34,612 nt of DNA from positions 26,340,694 through 26,375,305 of the forward strand of contig NC_057720.1 of the NCBI RefSeq assembly GCF_004010195.1. Direction: 5' to 3'. Source of the stretch: Chiloscyllium plagiosum. Taxonomy: Eukaryota. The notes under the pieces are model-generated. The model made no database searches, had not been told where the DNA came from, and saw only the letters and a list, made by a program, of their open reading frames with translations. This document shows positions 1-11,369 of this stretch, piece after piece. Numbering within the stretch: the first letter of the stretch is position 1; each line of letters starts with the position of its first letter. Made by a program: the position numbers and the translations under genes.

Positions 1-122
1 GTGGGAGGGGGGATTGAAATGTTGTGCTACAGGGTGGTTGGGTTGGTTGGTCCGGGTGTCCCAGAGGTGTTCTCTGAAACGCTCCGCAAGTAGCCGGCCT
101 GTCTCCCCAATATAGAGGAGAC
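1..122 (-). mobile_element. Penelope-like element (PLE) GIY-YIG endonuclease fragment, running off the window edge
   Basis: Minus strand translates LLYIGETGRLLAERFREHLWDTRTNQPNHPVAQHFNPPSH, the YIGETGR..RF.EH motif of PLE GIY-YIG endonucleases. Confidence 0.88.
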
Positions 123-345
123 AGGGACTTCTGTACACCAGTGTTATTAAAACAACAGTACATCATCATGGGCAGCATTACAACTACAGATTGTTCCATT
201 ATCCCAGAGGTGTTCTCTGAAACGCTCCGCAAGTAGCCGGCCTGTCTCCCCAATATAGAGGAGACAGGGACTTCTGTACACCAGTGTTATTAAAACAACA
301 GTACATCATCATGGGCAGCATTACAACTACAGATTGTTCCATTAT
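59..345. repeat. Direct tandem duplication, 143-bp unit (59-201, 202-344)
   Basis: TCCCAGAGGTGTTCTCTGAAACGC...GATTGTTCCATTA occurs twice back to back; I see no differences between copies. Confidence 0.95.
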
Positions 346-490
346 AGAGAATCACACAAAGGCAAATTCAGTGAAAACACTGAAGTTAAACTGAAGACTG
401 AATCTGGTGAGGTATCAGAAATGGAACAATGGGGTGTGATGTCCAGTATAGGGGAGATTCTACAGAAAGGTAGTGTACACTGTTTTGAGT
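261..490 (+). pseudogene. Degenerate Gypsy aspartic protease remnant
   Basis: ETGTSV (261-278, cf. DTGASV), TEVKLKTESGE (379-411, cf. T.VKL.TYSGE) and GTMGCDVQY follow in the expected order, with frameshifts. Confidence 0.4.
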
Positions 491-1777
491 GAGCATTAAA
501 AGTTATTAATGTAATTATTCACAAGGCAGAGTAAAAAGGACATGAAATGAATCCTTGTAGACATGGGCTTCAGTTCCATATAATCTGGTTTCACTATGAT
601 ATAGTTCCTTTTGAACATGCTCAATAGGTATTCTTGGAGCAAGGACGTATTTTACCCTTTAATTTACATCTCTCCCAAGTTCTTTTTTAGTATTTCATCC
701 TGATGATTTTTTAACTCTTTACGCTTACCTCTTTCCAGCACACAAGGCTCTTTGGGTTGAGGCAACAATTTCCAATAGTTTTCCAGGATCTATTAGAGAG
801 TGTATAGAATGCATGGGCTCTCTTGTCATGTCTGAGAGGGTAAATGAATATTTAGAGTGGAATTGCCACTTCCCTATTGATATTGTATATGATAATGGCT
901 CTGAAAATGTTAATGTTGAAAGTGGTGATGTCATACACGGCTTTAAGTGGGGACAAAGAGTACTACATTAACATACATTGGGAGTAGATGTATTCTATAC
1001 AGCTCCTTTCATAATCATACCTGAGTAGTAACATTAGCAACACATTGCTTTAGCAGTAAACTACCTTGTTAATAAAGAAAAGTTATTTATGTCTTCAGTG
1101 TTCTTCATTCCACTAATGGTAATTAAATCAGTCCTAGACACAGTGTAGACAATGGAGGATTAATAGCAATGAACTACATCAAACAATCCTTATGCTGTGC
1201 CCCACAATAGTAAATTTGGCAGAAACTACAAGGTACTAGTAGTGGCGATCAGGTCACACAATTGCAACAACATTAATTTGAATTTTAATGCACAGACCCC
1301 CATCATGAGGAGCAAATTCCAGAAGAAGCAAAGGAAATAATTTTTGAAGGTAAGTTAACCTTCCACGATAAGTTATTATCACTGAAAGAAGATAAAGACA
1401 ATAAACTCGCACCTGAGAGGTAGATATAGATCGGGAGGTACTGTAGAAGCCATGGAAGTATTAACAGATCAAACTCAGCAAAGCAAAGACAAATATCAGA
1501 CAGCAAGCTGGTTAGAAGAGCAGAGATAAGAATGTGGACTAGGAAAAAGGAGACAAAGAAGCTACCTTTGAAAAATAGAGAGGCCTTAGTGAACGAGGCT
1601 CTGGAAGGAGCATGTGAAGGGTCCAGGGATAAAGCTCAATGTCTGTAAAGAAAAAGAGAATACATTTGTGAAAACAGTACACAGGCTGAAATGAGAAGAG
1701 AAAGAAATGTAAAAGAGAGTTATCACCTCTTAGAACAGCAGTAAAAGGGCAAGAAACGTCATTCATTTCTGTTAAAC

Positions 1778-1960
1778 TGTCATACTGAACCTCAAAATAC
1801 TAACTTTGTTTCTCTCTCCACAGAGTTCTGAAGAAGTGTCACTGAACCCTAAACATCAACTCTGATTTTGCTTCACAGATTTTGCTAGACCTGCTCAGTT
1901 TCTCCAGCATTTTCAATATTTGTTTCAGATTTCCAGCATCCACAGTATTTTGTTTTTATT
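1778..1960 (+). mobile_element. Old PLE-derived terminal-repeat fragment with decayed hammerhead-like motif
   Basis: AGTT-CTGAAGA-AG...CCC-TAAACATC-AACT, then GCTAGACCTGCTCAGTTTCTCCAGC...CAGATTTCCAGCATCCACAGT; related to the units at 3415, 13146 and 27762. Confidence 0.7.
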
Positions 1961-2349
1961 AGAGAAGTAATTTATCCTGGCACTGCCGGATTGGAAATAC
2001 CTTGGAGTTTATTGAAGTTGGAATGGAGCAAATATAAGGCAATCCAGTGTAAGAGTCAACCTAGAAGAAGAAATGCCAGGAGAATATAAAGATTTAAAAG
2101 GATCAAGTCGCGTAATTAAAGTGTGACTTTGGCATAAAGACTGCAGCCGGAAATCTTCAGTTAACAAACTGCACAGAAGAAATTGCTTAGTATTTTAGAT
2201 TATGAAAGGCAGAAAAAAATACATCCATTCTGGAGTGGGTTCTATTGTCGATGATGTTATTAACTGTCAGAACATTATAGAGAGAGCAGATACCTTTGAA
2301 AATGTCCTAAATGCCATTATAATTATTTCAATTTGAGAACATTTAAAAT

Positions 2350-2562
2350 CTTGAAAGGGCATGATTTAACAGAAGAGTTCAGCTTCCAAGGAAATCTGTA
2401 GAAATTGTCTTTAATAACTATTATAGATTAATGGAAAAATGTGAATATAAAGCTTTCAAATTAGAGCTTATAACAGACAGAACTGTTGTTGGAATCCTTG
2501 ATGAAACATTGCCAGGTTTTTTATAGCACAAAGAAGGGTTAAGTGAGGAGAAACATATTCAA
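2350..2562 (+). pseudogene. Degenerate Gypsy LTR-retrotransposon gag (capsid region)
   Basis: One frame reads LERA*FNRRVQLPRKSVEIVFNNYYRLMEKCEYKAFKLELITDRTVVGILDETLPGFL*HKEGLSEEKHIQ, matching the ERAKFNRR.Q..GES...LY.LAE.C.Y...IRDRIVVGI.D pattern, with in-frame stops. Confidence 0.75.
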
Positions 2563-2918
2563 TTTATACTGGAACCATAACCTAAAAGATTTATCAGATA
2601 GATCCCAAGAGGGGAAACCAACCCGACTTCAAGAGGCCAACACAATCTATTCACTTTATAAGATGTGGTCAATCTCAAGATACACATGGCAAACCAACAC
2701 AGAGAGTAGGCCAAACACCAGATCTTTCCCGAGATGTCAGCACTGTTGGACAACAAGGACTCACAGCATAGGACATGACCAGCCATGACAAAACATTGCT
2801 CTCCAAGACTCCAGCAAGGAAGAACGTAATTGATCCAAAAAAAGTAACTGTCTCCTACATGGATTTTCATGAGTTTAACAATCCCCCAGGTGGTGTTAGG
2901 AGGCAACCATCTGGGTTA

Positions 2919-2990
2919 GGAACATAGAAATACAGGAACAGTAGTAGGCCATTCAGCCTCTCAAGTCTATTCTACTATTCATTGAACTCA
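2919..2990 (-). mobile_element. CR1 LINE 3' end (short)
   Basis: GAACATAGAAATACAGGAACAGTAGTAGGCCATTCAGCC is the reverse complement of the CR1 3' stem-loop plus TTCTATG-type tail. Confidence 0.7.
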
Positions 2991-3414
2991 AGGTTGAAAA
3001 TTTTCCATCACCTTTAGCTGTGATACCGTAAGCTGTTCCAAACCAGCCTCCAGCTCGAGAAACTCTGAACAAACATGATCGAACAAGCTTAGTTCCATTT
3101 GGTGAAGAAGGAGTCCTTTTCCCTGGATCATTCTTTATTAGCTGTCTGTAATTCTTTGAACATCTTCTTGATGGCCTTTTTCCAGGGTTTGCAGGTTATC
3201 TCTGAATGCGTTCAGTTTGTGTTGATGTTTTCTGTGCATTATTGTGCCAATACATTACATTGGGTTGACACCTGGCAGTACAAACGGAACATTCTCCAGC
3301 CTGCTTGCAACTTCAATGTTTGTGATTCTACCTCGGAGCTGTGTGATCATTTTCTAGAGTGATTAAAGATCTCTTTCTCTTTGCACATCAGTCGCTGTGG
3401 ACAAAATCAACTAG

Positions 3415-3538
3415 GTGAAAGTGAGGACTGCAGATGCTGGAAAAGCACAGAGTGTAGTGCTGGAAAAGTACAGCAGGTCAGGCAGCATTTGAGGAGCAGG
3501 AAAATGGATGCTTCAGGTAAAAGCCTTTCACCAGGAAT
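3415..3538 (-). mobile_element. PLE-derived short unit (family A), decayed hammerhead motif
   Basis: GAAAGTGAGGACTGCAGATGCTGG...CAGCAGGTCAGGCAGCAT...AAAAGCCTTTCACCAGGAAT; homologous to 13146-13272 and 27762-27891. Confidence 0.85.
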
Positions 3539-5179
3539 ATGATGAACTGTGGACATTTTAGTTGTGATGGAAGCTTCATTTGCCTCATTGCTAATCCAAC
3601 TAGCTTATTAGGTTCCTTTCCCACTTCCATTCTCTCTTCCCACACAGGCAGAGTTTACTTTTTCTGACTTTGGTTACATTTTCTCAATCTTTACCTTTTT
3701 GTTTCCTTCTTTAAGAACATGACAATTCCCTTCAAAGAGACAGGGACTACAGGAACAATGCCATTTTAATGCAACATCGCAGAATGGTACAAAGTCTCAG
3801 CTTCCAATAAATGGACAACATGAGTCATTGTGACTGTCTCCTGAAAGAACAAATCAATGTCCAGAAAGCCCTCAGTGTGGTTGGGCACCTCCCTATTGGG
3901 CAATGTTTTTGCCTGATATTTGTAGCTCATCTTTTGAAGAAGATTCAAGCGCTACACTTTCTGCAGACATAGCATTTAAATGTCTGCAGAAGAGAACAGC
4001 ACATTAAATTGGCTTCAATGTCTCCAGCATCTGCTAATGAAATATTTAAAGCTATACACATTTCCACTGACTGAAGAAGTGTAGTAGTTAAAAATAAGGT
4101 GCAGAGTCTCTGGGATCTATCTTCCGTTCTGGCGAAGAATAACATGTCTCTGGCCTTTCACCCCAAATTTTAATATCTTTGCTGCCCTAATGTTGAATGA
4201 CAATGGTCTAAGTATGCTTTTCCTTTTGACATGGCTAACTTGCAAAAGAATTGGTATATCTGCTCCATATCCTAATTAAAGTTTGTTTTCTTGCCCTTTA
4301 TTGTAATATCTGCATATTAGAATTTTCTTGTGATTCTGTGCAAACAAGGGAATCAGCATCGCTCATGCTGTTGTCCATTTTTACTGAGACATCTTCGAAG
4401 CACTGTGGTCTGTGTTGGACTTATTGTGCTCCTGCTGCAAATGTGACCTGGACTGTCTCTTTGCACATGCAACTTTTTATAAAACTAGGTGGGTAGTGAA
4501 TCTTCCAGTGGTGTTTTTCTCATATCATAGATACACCCTTTCCCTCTGGATGCTTGTCAATGATAATTTTTCTCACTCCTCATTTATTCCCTAACCTTGT
4601 AAGTACCTTTTTTTTTCTGTAATGGTTTACTCACTGTGGCTACTTGATTTTCTGTTTCTTGTTACATTTTGTTGCTCTGCTCCCTGTTGAGGACCCTTGG
4701 CCTGTACATTGGCTTTGCTGCTTCACAGTTTGGTGCTTGGTTGGCCTTAAAGTCTGTGATCAGTGGTTCCTACTGTCCCCGAACCTCTCTTCAAGTGATT
4801 CCTCTACATTTAAGGTTGGATTACTGGGCTGACTTTATGCTTTAGAATTACACTGCAGTGCTATTGCGTTTCACTTTGGGTTCTTCCTGCTACTTCCCTC
4901 CAGTTCTGTGAGTCTGATCACTGCTGCCTTCATGTAGAAGGGGACAGTCTAGACTCTAATGAATGAACATTAAAAAGTATCATTAATGTAACAAATTACA
5001 AGACAGTGAACGAGGGCATGTTGCTCAATGTTACAGACACAGGCTCCAGTTCCAAGTGATCCAATACCACTGTAATATTGTTCCTTTCACACATGCTCAG
5101 TAGCTAATGTTGGAATAAATATATAATTAACCCTTTCTTCTACAAGTTCCTCAAGTTACTCATTGTTGTCACAAGATAT

Positions 5180-5297
5180 TAGGATGGGATATGGGCCGTG
5201 TGCAGGAAGATGGGATTAGAAAGAACATCTAGATGTCTTTGGGCTGGCATTGACAAGATAGGCCAAATGATTCCTTCTGTACTATCATTTCTATGGA
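5180..5297 (+). mobile_element. CR1 LINE 3' end
   Basis: GGGATATGGGCC..GCAGGAAGATGGGATTAG...GGCCAAATG..CCTTCTGTACT..TTTCTATG; similar to 13490-13618. Confidence 0.7.
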
Positions 5298-5479
5298 CCT
5301 ATATGTCAACATTCCAGCATTAATGCGTAAGGATTGGCTTTGCAAGCTGAAATTAGGCTAGAGGTACATCATTCACATTAAGGTGATCAGCTAATTAATA
5401 AATCAGCAACATTTTCAAGCCCATTATGAGGGAATGTGGAAGACTTATGTGGAAGTACAAATCTAAATAAGGCCCAGTG

Positions 5480-5660
5480 CAGGAACAGTCTATTGTCAGG
5501 ATAGACTGTTCTTTATGCCCCCATAACCTAGGCTGTGGAGAAGCTAAAGAAACTGGAAAGAAATGTTGAATATCACATCATAGGCACTTCAATCACAGTT
5601 GTGCTCAGGACAGAGAAAACCATAAAACTATGTGACTGCAAAGTCATAATCAACTAGGCA
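5480..5660 (+). pseudogene. Possible degenerate Gypsy RT N-terminal remnant
   Basis: Fragments RTVLYAP / EKLKKLERN / IKLCD / KVIIN resemble R.VPYA...ELKRLE...IRLCGDYKVTIN, across several frameshifts. Confidence 0.3.
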
Positions 5661-5738
5661 GTGCATATACATTTTCAATAAGGGAACAGCTGACTTGAAT
5701 TGTGTCACAGAACATGGCTGTTGAAGAGCAACTGCATT

Positions 5739-5890
5739 GAGTCATAGAGACGTACAGCACGGAAACAGACCTTTCAGTCCAACTCATCCACGCCGACCAG
5801 ATATCCTAACCTAATCTAGTCCCATTTGCCAGCACTTGCCCTATATCTCTCTAAACCCTTCCTATTCATATACCCATCCAGATGCCTTTT
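5739..5890 (-). mobile_element. CR1/HER1-type LINE 3' end
   Basis: GAGTCATAGAGACGTACAGCACGGAAACAGACC...CATCCAGATGCCTTTT is the near reverse complement of 13451-13618 (TCTATGACTC tail). Confidence 0.9.
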
Positions 5891-6994
5891 ATCGGCGTTG
5901 TTGGATCAGACATAGGTGGCATGTGTTTTAAGCATAAGGCGAGTAGCACAATAGGTCAATGCTTTTAAGAAGAAAAATAATAGTGAACTTCTTCTTGGAT
6001 TAGCATTGACATCATAAAACCTCCTCCCATTAGTACCCAGGCAGCATGGGTGTATTAAATTATCCTAGCCACAAGACAGTACAAGACTGTGAACAAGCTC
6101 TCTGCAGAATCCCAGAACACCCAGTCTTAACTTTGATTAACCTTCTGATTTTATGGTAATAAGGCATATTCTCTGAATCTTACAGCTAAATGTTGAGACC
6201 TACCCATCACAAGCAAGATGTCTTGCCACATCACACTCTGTTGATATAATCTGCCTACAAGAGACCGATACATTAAATCAGGCAATGAAAGACGAGCAGA
6301 GTCTAATATCAGCTTCCCGAGGTTTGTCGGCAGAAGTAGCAGCATCCTTGACAGCCTTGAAGTTGGATTTATCTCACTCTTCTGCACAGCACAATGTGGA
6401 CTGGGAGGGCCAACAATCGCTTACAATAAACAGAGACACGGTTACATTCTGTCAAAAAACTGCTGTATGGTGACAATTCTTCTGCAAACTTCTTCCAAGG
6501 TGCAATGGATTAGGTGCAATGATCACAATATAAAGTTGGAAAGGAGCAAGTGTTCTCTCAAACAATCAAAGGGAGTATACTATCATAGACATAATTTATA
6601 GATTCCCTTTTAATGACTGTGCCCAGTTTGTATTACAGATGCAACTGAAGACAAAAATATAGTTACACATATTTATCCTAAATTCTTTTGCAGCAAGCCT
6701 ATAGTTTCTGAGATAAAAGTGATGCTTTAAAGCTGAGTTGAAAATTTAGTAAAATGAAAGATTCTAAGTCAGCTATAATATTTCTTGAAGCTAAGTTTCC
6801 TGGATCCTGATTCTCAGGTATTCAAATTGGGAAAATCCTTCTCTTAGTTAGGATCTTCTGCTTACAAGATAAATAACTGTTGATTACTTTGGGTGCTGAG
6901 ATGATTTCTGACTAGTATGATGTCTTTTGTTAGATCTCACTGTCTGCAAGTAGCTTCTCATTCATTATAAAGCAGACACCAAAATATTTTATCA

Positions 6995-7333
6995 AAACCA
7001 TAAGATATAGGAGAAAATTAAGCCATTTGGCCCATTAAGTCTGCTCTACTATTTAATCATGGCTGATATGTTTTTCAACCCTATTCTCCTGCCTTCTTCC
7101 TGTAATTAATCAAGAACCTATCTATCTGTCTGAAACACACACAAAAGATGTGCCCTCCACAGCTCTCTGCAACAATGAGGTCTACAAATTAACTACTCTC
7201 TGGCTGAAAAAAATTCCTCTTCACCTCAGTTCTAAAGAGTTGTCCCTTCACTCTGAAGCTGTGCCCTCGGGCCCTACTCTCTCCTATTAGTTGAAACATC
7301 TTCTCCACATCCACTCTATCCGGACTCTCAGTA
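6995..7333 (-). mobile_element. CR1 LINE 3' fragment
   Basis: AACCATAAGATATAGGAG tail, GCCATTTGGCCC stem, and the ORF2 C-terminal region (FFSQRVVNL on the minus strand). Confidence 0.85.
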
Positions 7334-7619
7334 AGATGATATTTTCTTACCATTTAACTTTCAAATGTTCCAACACCTTTTCCCAAAACCTAGGGTGAGG
7401 TATATTTTGATTCCAATCATCGTGCAATGATATTTTTAACTTTGAGACTTTATGTATGAATGACTCAGTCAATTTTATAATACACTTTTTTGAAATAGTT
7501 TCACAAAATGGTATTGATTCAACATCAGTTTGGAATGTCCTTTTTCTTATTGTTAGAGATGGGGGAGTAATTTCAAACCACAAAGGGTGACTGACTCTCA
7601 AATGACTCTCAAATCTTTT

Positions 7620-7830
7620 GTAGCCCCTGTGTTCAGCTTAAAAATATAAAAATTGATTGAAGTTTCATAACATACTGTGACATGGAAATACCGTCACCCA
7701 ACAAGCAATTAAATGTGATGACCATCAATGATAAGAAAGGTAGAGGTTATAGTCAAGTTTCCAAAGTCAAAAAATGTGTCTGAACTTGAATCTTCTTTAG
7801 ACATAGCCACTATCACTCACAACATCATTT
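7620..7830 (+). pseudogene. Degenerate Gypsy RT C-terminal/connection remnant
   Basis: 7737-7811 reads KVEVIVKFPKSKNVSELESSLDIAT, cf. KVEAI..FP.PKNVSELRSFLGMA.Y. Confidence 0.65.
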
Positions 7831-7861
7831 CTATCTAATGGCCACAATGCTTTCTACCTCT

Positions 7862-8500
7862 TACAGATTCAGAAAGGTCAACAGCACAGAAAAATGCCTT
7901 TCTGCCCATCACATCTGTGCTGGTCAAAAAAGAACAGCTAACCATTCTAATCCCATTTTCCAGTACTTGACCATACCCTTGTTTGCCTTATCATTGTAAA
8001 AGCATGCCCGAAACGTCGATTCTCCTGTTCGCTGGATGCTGCCTGACCTGCTGCGCTGTTCCAGCAACACATTTTCAGCATTGTAAAAGCATGTCTAAGT
8101 ACTTTTTAAATGTTATGAGGGTTGCTGTCTCTACCACTATCGCAGGCAGTGAGTTCTAGATTCTCAGCACTTTCAGGTTGAAAATGTTTTTCCTCACATC
8201 TTCTCTAAACCTTCTATCCCTTTTGTTAAATCTATGCCCCCGGTCATTAATCCCTCCATCAAGGGGAAAAATCTCTTTCTGCCTACCCTATCAATGTCCC
8301 TCATAATTTTAAACATTTCAATATACCTCCTCTCAATTATGTCTGCTTTAGGGAAAACAACTCCAGTCTGTCCAATCCCTCTTCATAATTGAAACTTTCT
8401 AGCTCAGCAACATCCTGGTAAATCTCCTCTGCACCAATGTTATCATGTCCCTCCTATTATGTGAATTCCAGAACTGCACACAATACTCCAGCTGTTATTT
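7862..8500 (-). mobile_element. CR1 LINE 3' fragment (ORF2 C-terminus plus 3' UTR), interrupted by a PLE piece
   Basis: Minus strand gives LEYCVQFWNSHNRRDMI and RRFTRMLL motifs; 3' UTR stem near 7880-7920. Confidence 0.85.
8007..8078 (+). mobile_element. 72-bp PLE family A fragment with 15-bp TSD
   Basis: CCCGAAACGTCGATTCTCCTG...ACATTTTCAG flanked by CATTGTAAAAGCATG at 7992-8006 and 8079-8093. Confidence 0.9.
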
Positions 8501-8712
8501 ATTAAAGGTTGACCCATTTTCTACAGAGTGGAGTTCCTTGACCTCTCCCGATCATTGTGGAAAATTACTGGCAGTACCATCACCTGCACTGCTTCTTGCT
8601 GGAATGATGACATAACACAGGTTTCTGTGAGATTGCTCACAGAGTTTCATCCACCTGTATCTCTACCCAGAGATGGGGGAGAAACAGTCCAGGCCGTTTG
8701 TACTTACAGACT

Positions 8713-9090
8713 GACAGACTCTCAGACTAGGCTGAGCTCTGGCAGGAGATGACCCTGTGGTCTCTGTGATGAGGGACTTGGTGCAGATACATGGGGAAGA
8801 GCAGCAGTAATGGCCAAGCTGACTTTGTGATGTATTGTCAGGAAACTGGGAAGATTCACTGCCTGTCTTTCATAGAACATAGAACATAGAACATTACAGC
8901 GCAGTACAGGACAGACTCTCAGACTAGGCTGAGCTCTGGCAGGAGATGACCCTGTGGTCTCTGTGATGAGGGACTTGGTGCAGATACATGGGGAAGAGCA
9001 GCAGCAACGGCCAAGCTGACTTTGTGATGTATTGTCAGGAAACTGTGATGTATTGTCATAGAACATAGAACATTACAGCGCAGTACAGGC
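8713..9090. repeat. Imperfect tandem duplication (197-bp offset) including a LINE tail
   Basis: GACAGACTCTCAGACTAGG... starts at 8713 and 8910; both copies end in CATAGAACATAGAACATTACAGCGCAGTACAGG. Confidence 0.92.
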
Positions 9091-9218
9091 CCTTCAGCCC
9101 TCGATGTTGTGCCACCCTGTCATACTAATCTGAAACCCATCCCACCTACACTATTCCATGTACGTCCATATGCCTGTCCAATGATGACTTAAATGCACTT
9201 AAACTTGGCGAATCTACT
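9057..9218 (-). mobile_element. CR1/HER1-type LINE 3' end
   Basis: (CATAGAA)n tail plus ACAGGCCCTTCAGCCC 3' stem-loop. Confidence 0.85.
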
Positions 9219-9221
9219 TTC

Positions 9222-9382
9222 CTCAGGGAGGGAAACTGCCAATCTTACTGAGGCTAGCCTTTATGTGACTCCAGACCCACAGCAATGTGGTTGACTCTTA
9301 ACTGCCCTCTGGGCCATTAGGGATGACCAATAAATGCTGGCCTAGTCAGCGACGCCCTCATCCTGTGATGAAATAAAGAAAA
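9222..9382 (+). mobile_element. 3' half of a tRNA-derived SINE with LINE-shared tail
   Basis: GGAAACTGCC..ATGTGACTCCAGACCCACAGCAATGTGGTTGACTCTTAACTGCCCTC..AATAAATGCTGGCC..A-rich end; homologous to the minus-strand SINE at 29432-29698 and the LINE tail at 29190-29250. Confidence 0.75.
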
Positions 9383-10707
9383 CATACAGGCCCCTCAACA
9401 GTCTCTACTCAGGAGATTGCAGAATTAGCTGGAGCCTCCACCTTCACCCTCACCTGGCCTACAACCCTTTGAGCTTTGGAAGGTCCAGTTAGGATGGATC
9501 AACTTGCTTCTGGGAAGAAAACCTTTGGTATTTCTGGTTCACTAGGGTCACTTGACCAAACCTCCAAGGCCAATGGGCTTGACTATGGATCAGGCTTACA
9601 TCACCTCTATGAGTGAGCTGAGCAGCTCAGTGTGGAATAGTGGCGGATACAGAAGGAGAGATCTGTCCTCCTGCTACATGTGGGCAATGGTTGGAAAATA
9701 TGTACATAGTTTGTTGATCATTTTATCTGATGTTAACAGGCTGTTTACAATTCTATGTTCTCTCCAGAGTTTATTTAAGGAAACACTTTCTTGTTTAAAA
9801 CTTTTTTCACAAGCAATGATATGTGAACAGTTGTGATGTTTTACAACCCCTTGTATTTCACTGTCTATGTGGTTGATTCTGCCCGTGTTGGGCCTGTAGA
9901 TGTTCCATTGCATCCTGCAGCACCCCTCCTTAGGTATTAATGAGAAACAATGGTTAGATGTCTGCAATCATCAGCAAATATATCATGTGGGAACAAGGAT
10001 AACAACGAGGCATTGGCTTATTCTAACAGCTTTATCTCACCCACCCAACCCCCATCATCATCACTGCACACTGTTTGGCTAGCTATGTGTATAGCAGTGT
10101 GTATCACAGAGAATTCTCCAGAAATATCAGTGACTGGGAGATGGTCAATGTTGCAGGATGGTCAGGGAGTCGTCACCCTTCATGCCGTGTGGCTAACTCT
10201 TCTCCAACCCAGTTGGAGGACAGTTTTGTTCTACTGTGTATACCCAGTGAATGGTGGCAGATATAGGCCCCTGTCTCACTTACCCCACCCATTGTGAATC
10301 CCATTGCAGTCATCTTCCTCAACACTGTGCATTATAATTCCATTTGTTTCATGATTGGCATGATTGTAAGTGATCCTTTGCATCTGGCTTTCAGTCTCAG
10401 TATCAATGTACCATTGAGATCCCTAACATCAGGATCTCTTTTCTAAGTCCCCATTCCTCCATAGATTTTGCATTTCCCAGATCTGTGCTTGTGTGACTAA
10501 AACCAGCACCTTGCCCCCCACACTGCTCTATCTTCCTCACCCCATTCCCTCACCTCCCTCATCCTCCACCCCTTTCATATTCACTTCTGTGAAAGGAGGT
10601 ATTGGGTTGACCATGTTCCACCCTCAAGTGACCTGACCTGCCAGCACCAGACCTCACCTGTCCAGGTCACTGGATATTGGACACACTCATGTCCATTGGC
10701 TATTAGA

Positions 10708-11095
10708 CACACCTCATCTTCCGCCTCAGAACACTTCAACCCCAGGGCATCAATGTCGACTTCACCAGTTTCCTCATTTCCCCACCCCCAGCCTTATCCC
10801 AGTTCCAATCTGCCAGCTCAACACCATCCTCATCACCTGTCCTACCTACCAATCTTCCTTCCCACCTATCCGCTCCACCTTCCTCTCCGACCTGTCACCT
10901 TCATCCCCACCTCCATCCACCTTTTGTACTCTTAGCTAATTTCTTTGCAGACCCCCCCCTCCGATTTATTTTTCCATCCTGGAGGGTCCCTGCTTCATTC
11001 CTGACGAAGGGCTTTTGCCCGAACGTCAATTTCCCTGCTCCTCGGATTCTGCCTGACCTGCTGTGCTTTTCCAGCACCACTCTAACCTTAACCTT
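10708..11095 (+). mobile_element. PLE 3' portion: GIY-YIG C-terminus, C-rich UTR and family A terminal repeat
   Basis: From 10710 reads HLIFRLRTLQPQGINVDFTSF (typical PLE endonuclease C-terminus), then a C-rich tract and ATTCCTGACGAAGGGCTTTTGCCCGAACGTC...TTTTCCAGCACCACTCT. This links family A units to an autonomous PLE. Confidence 0.88.
10997..11030 (+). ncRNA. Minimal hammerhead-like motif (one A missing from the GAAA box; probably inactive)
   Basis: attc-CUGACGA-a-GGGC uuuu GCCC-GAA-CGUC-aat. Confidence 0.55.
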
Positions 11096-11369
11096 GATTG
11101 TGCCAGTCCTATCCCAAGAACTGGCCCATGTGGAGACAAAGCACTGACCAATGACTTGCTTCCTGCAACACAGAGGCACGGATCCCCCTATGCAATGTAT
11201 ACCTGACCATGGCCAAAGCCCGAGACTGGTCTGTGAGGCTATCTTTGACAACCCCTGAATGACAGGCGCTACCATCAACATCATCATGTTATGAAGTCGA
11301 AGGCATATACTGTACCTTTACCAGAGAGTGAAGACTGTTTTGGTAGTGAGAGTTTGCTAACAAATGTCT

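Noticed and set aside
490..960. Host exon or integrase C-terminus on the minus strand (donor-like AG|GTAAG near 729)
   Set aside because: No recognisable protein motif, acceptor or partner exon could be established.
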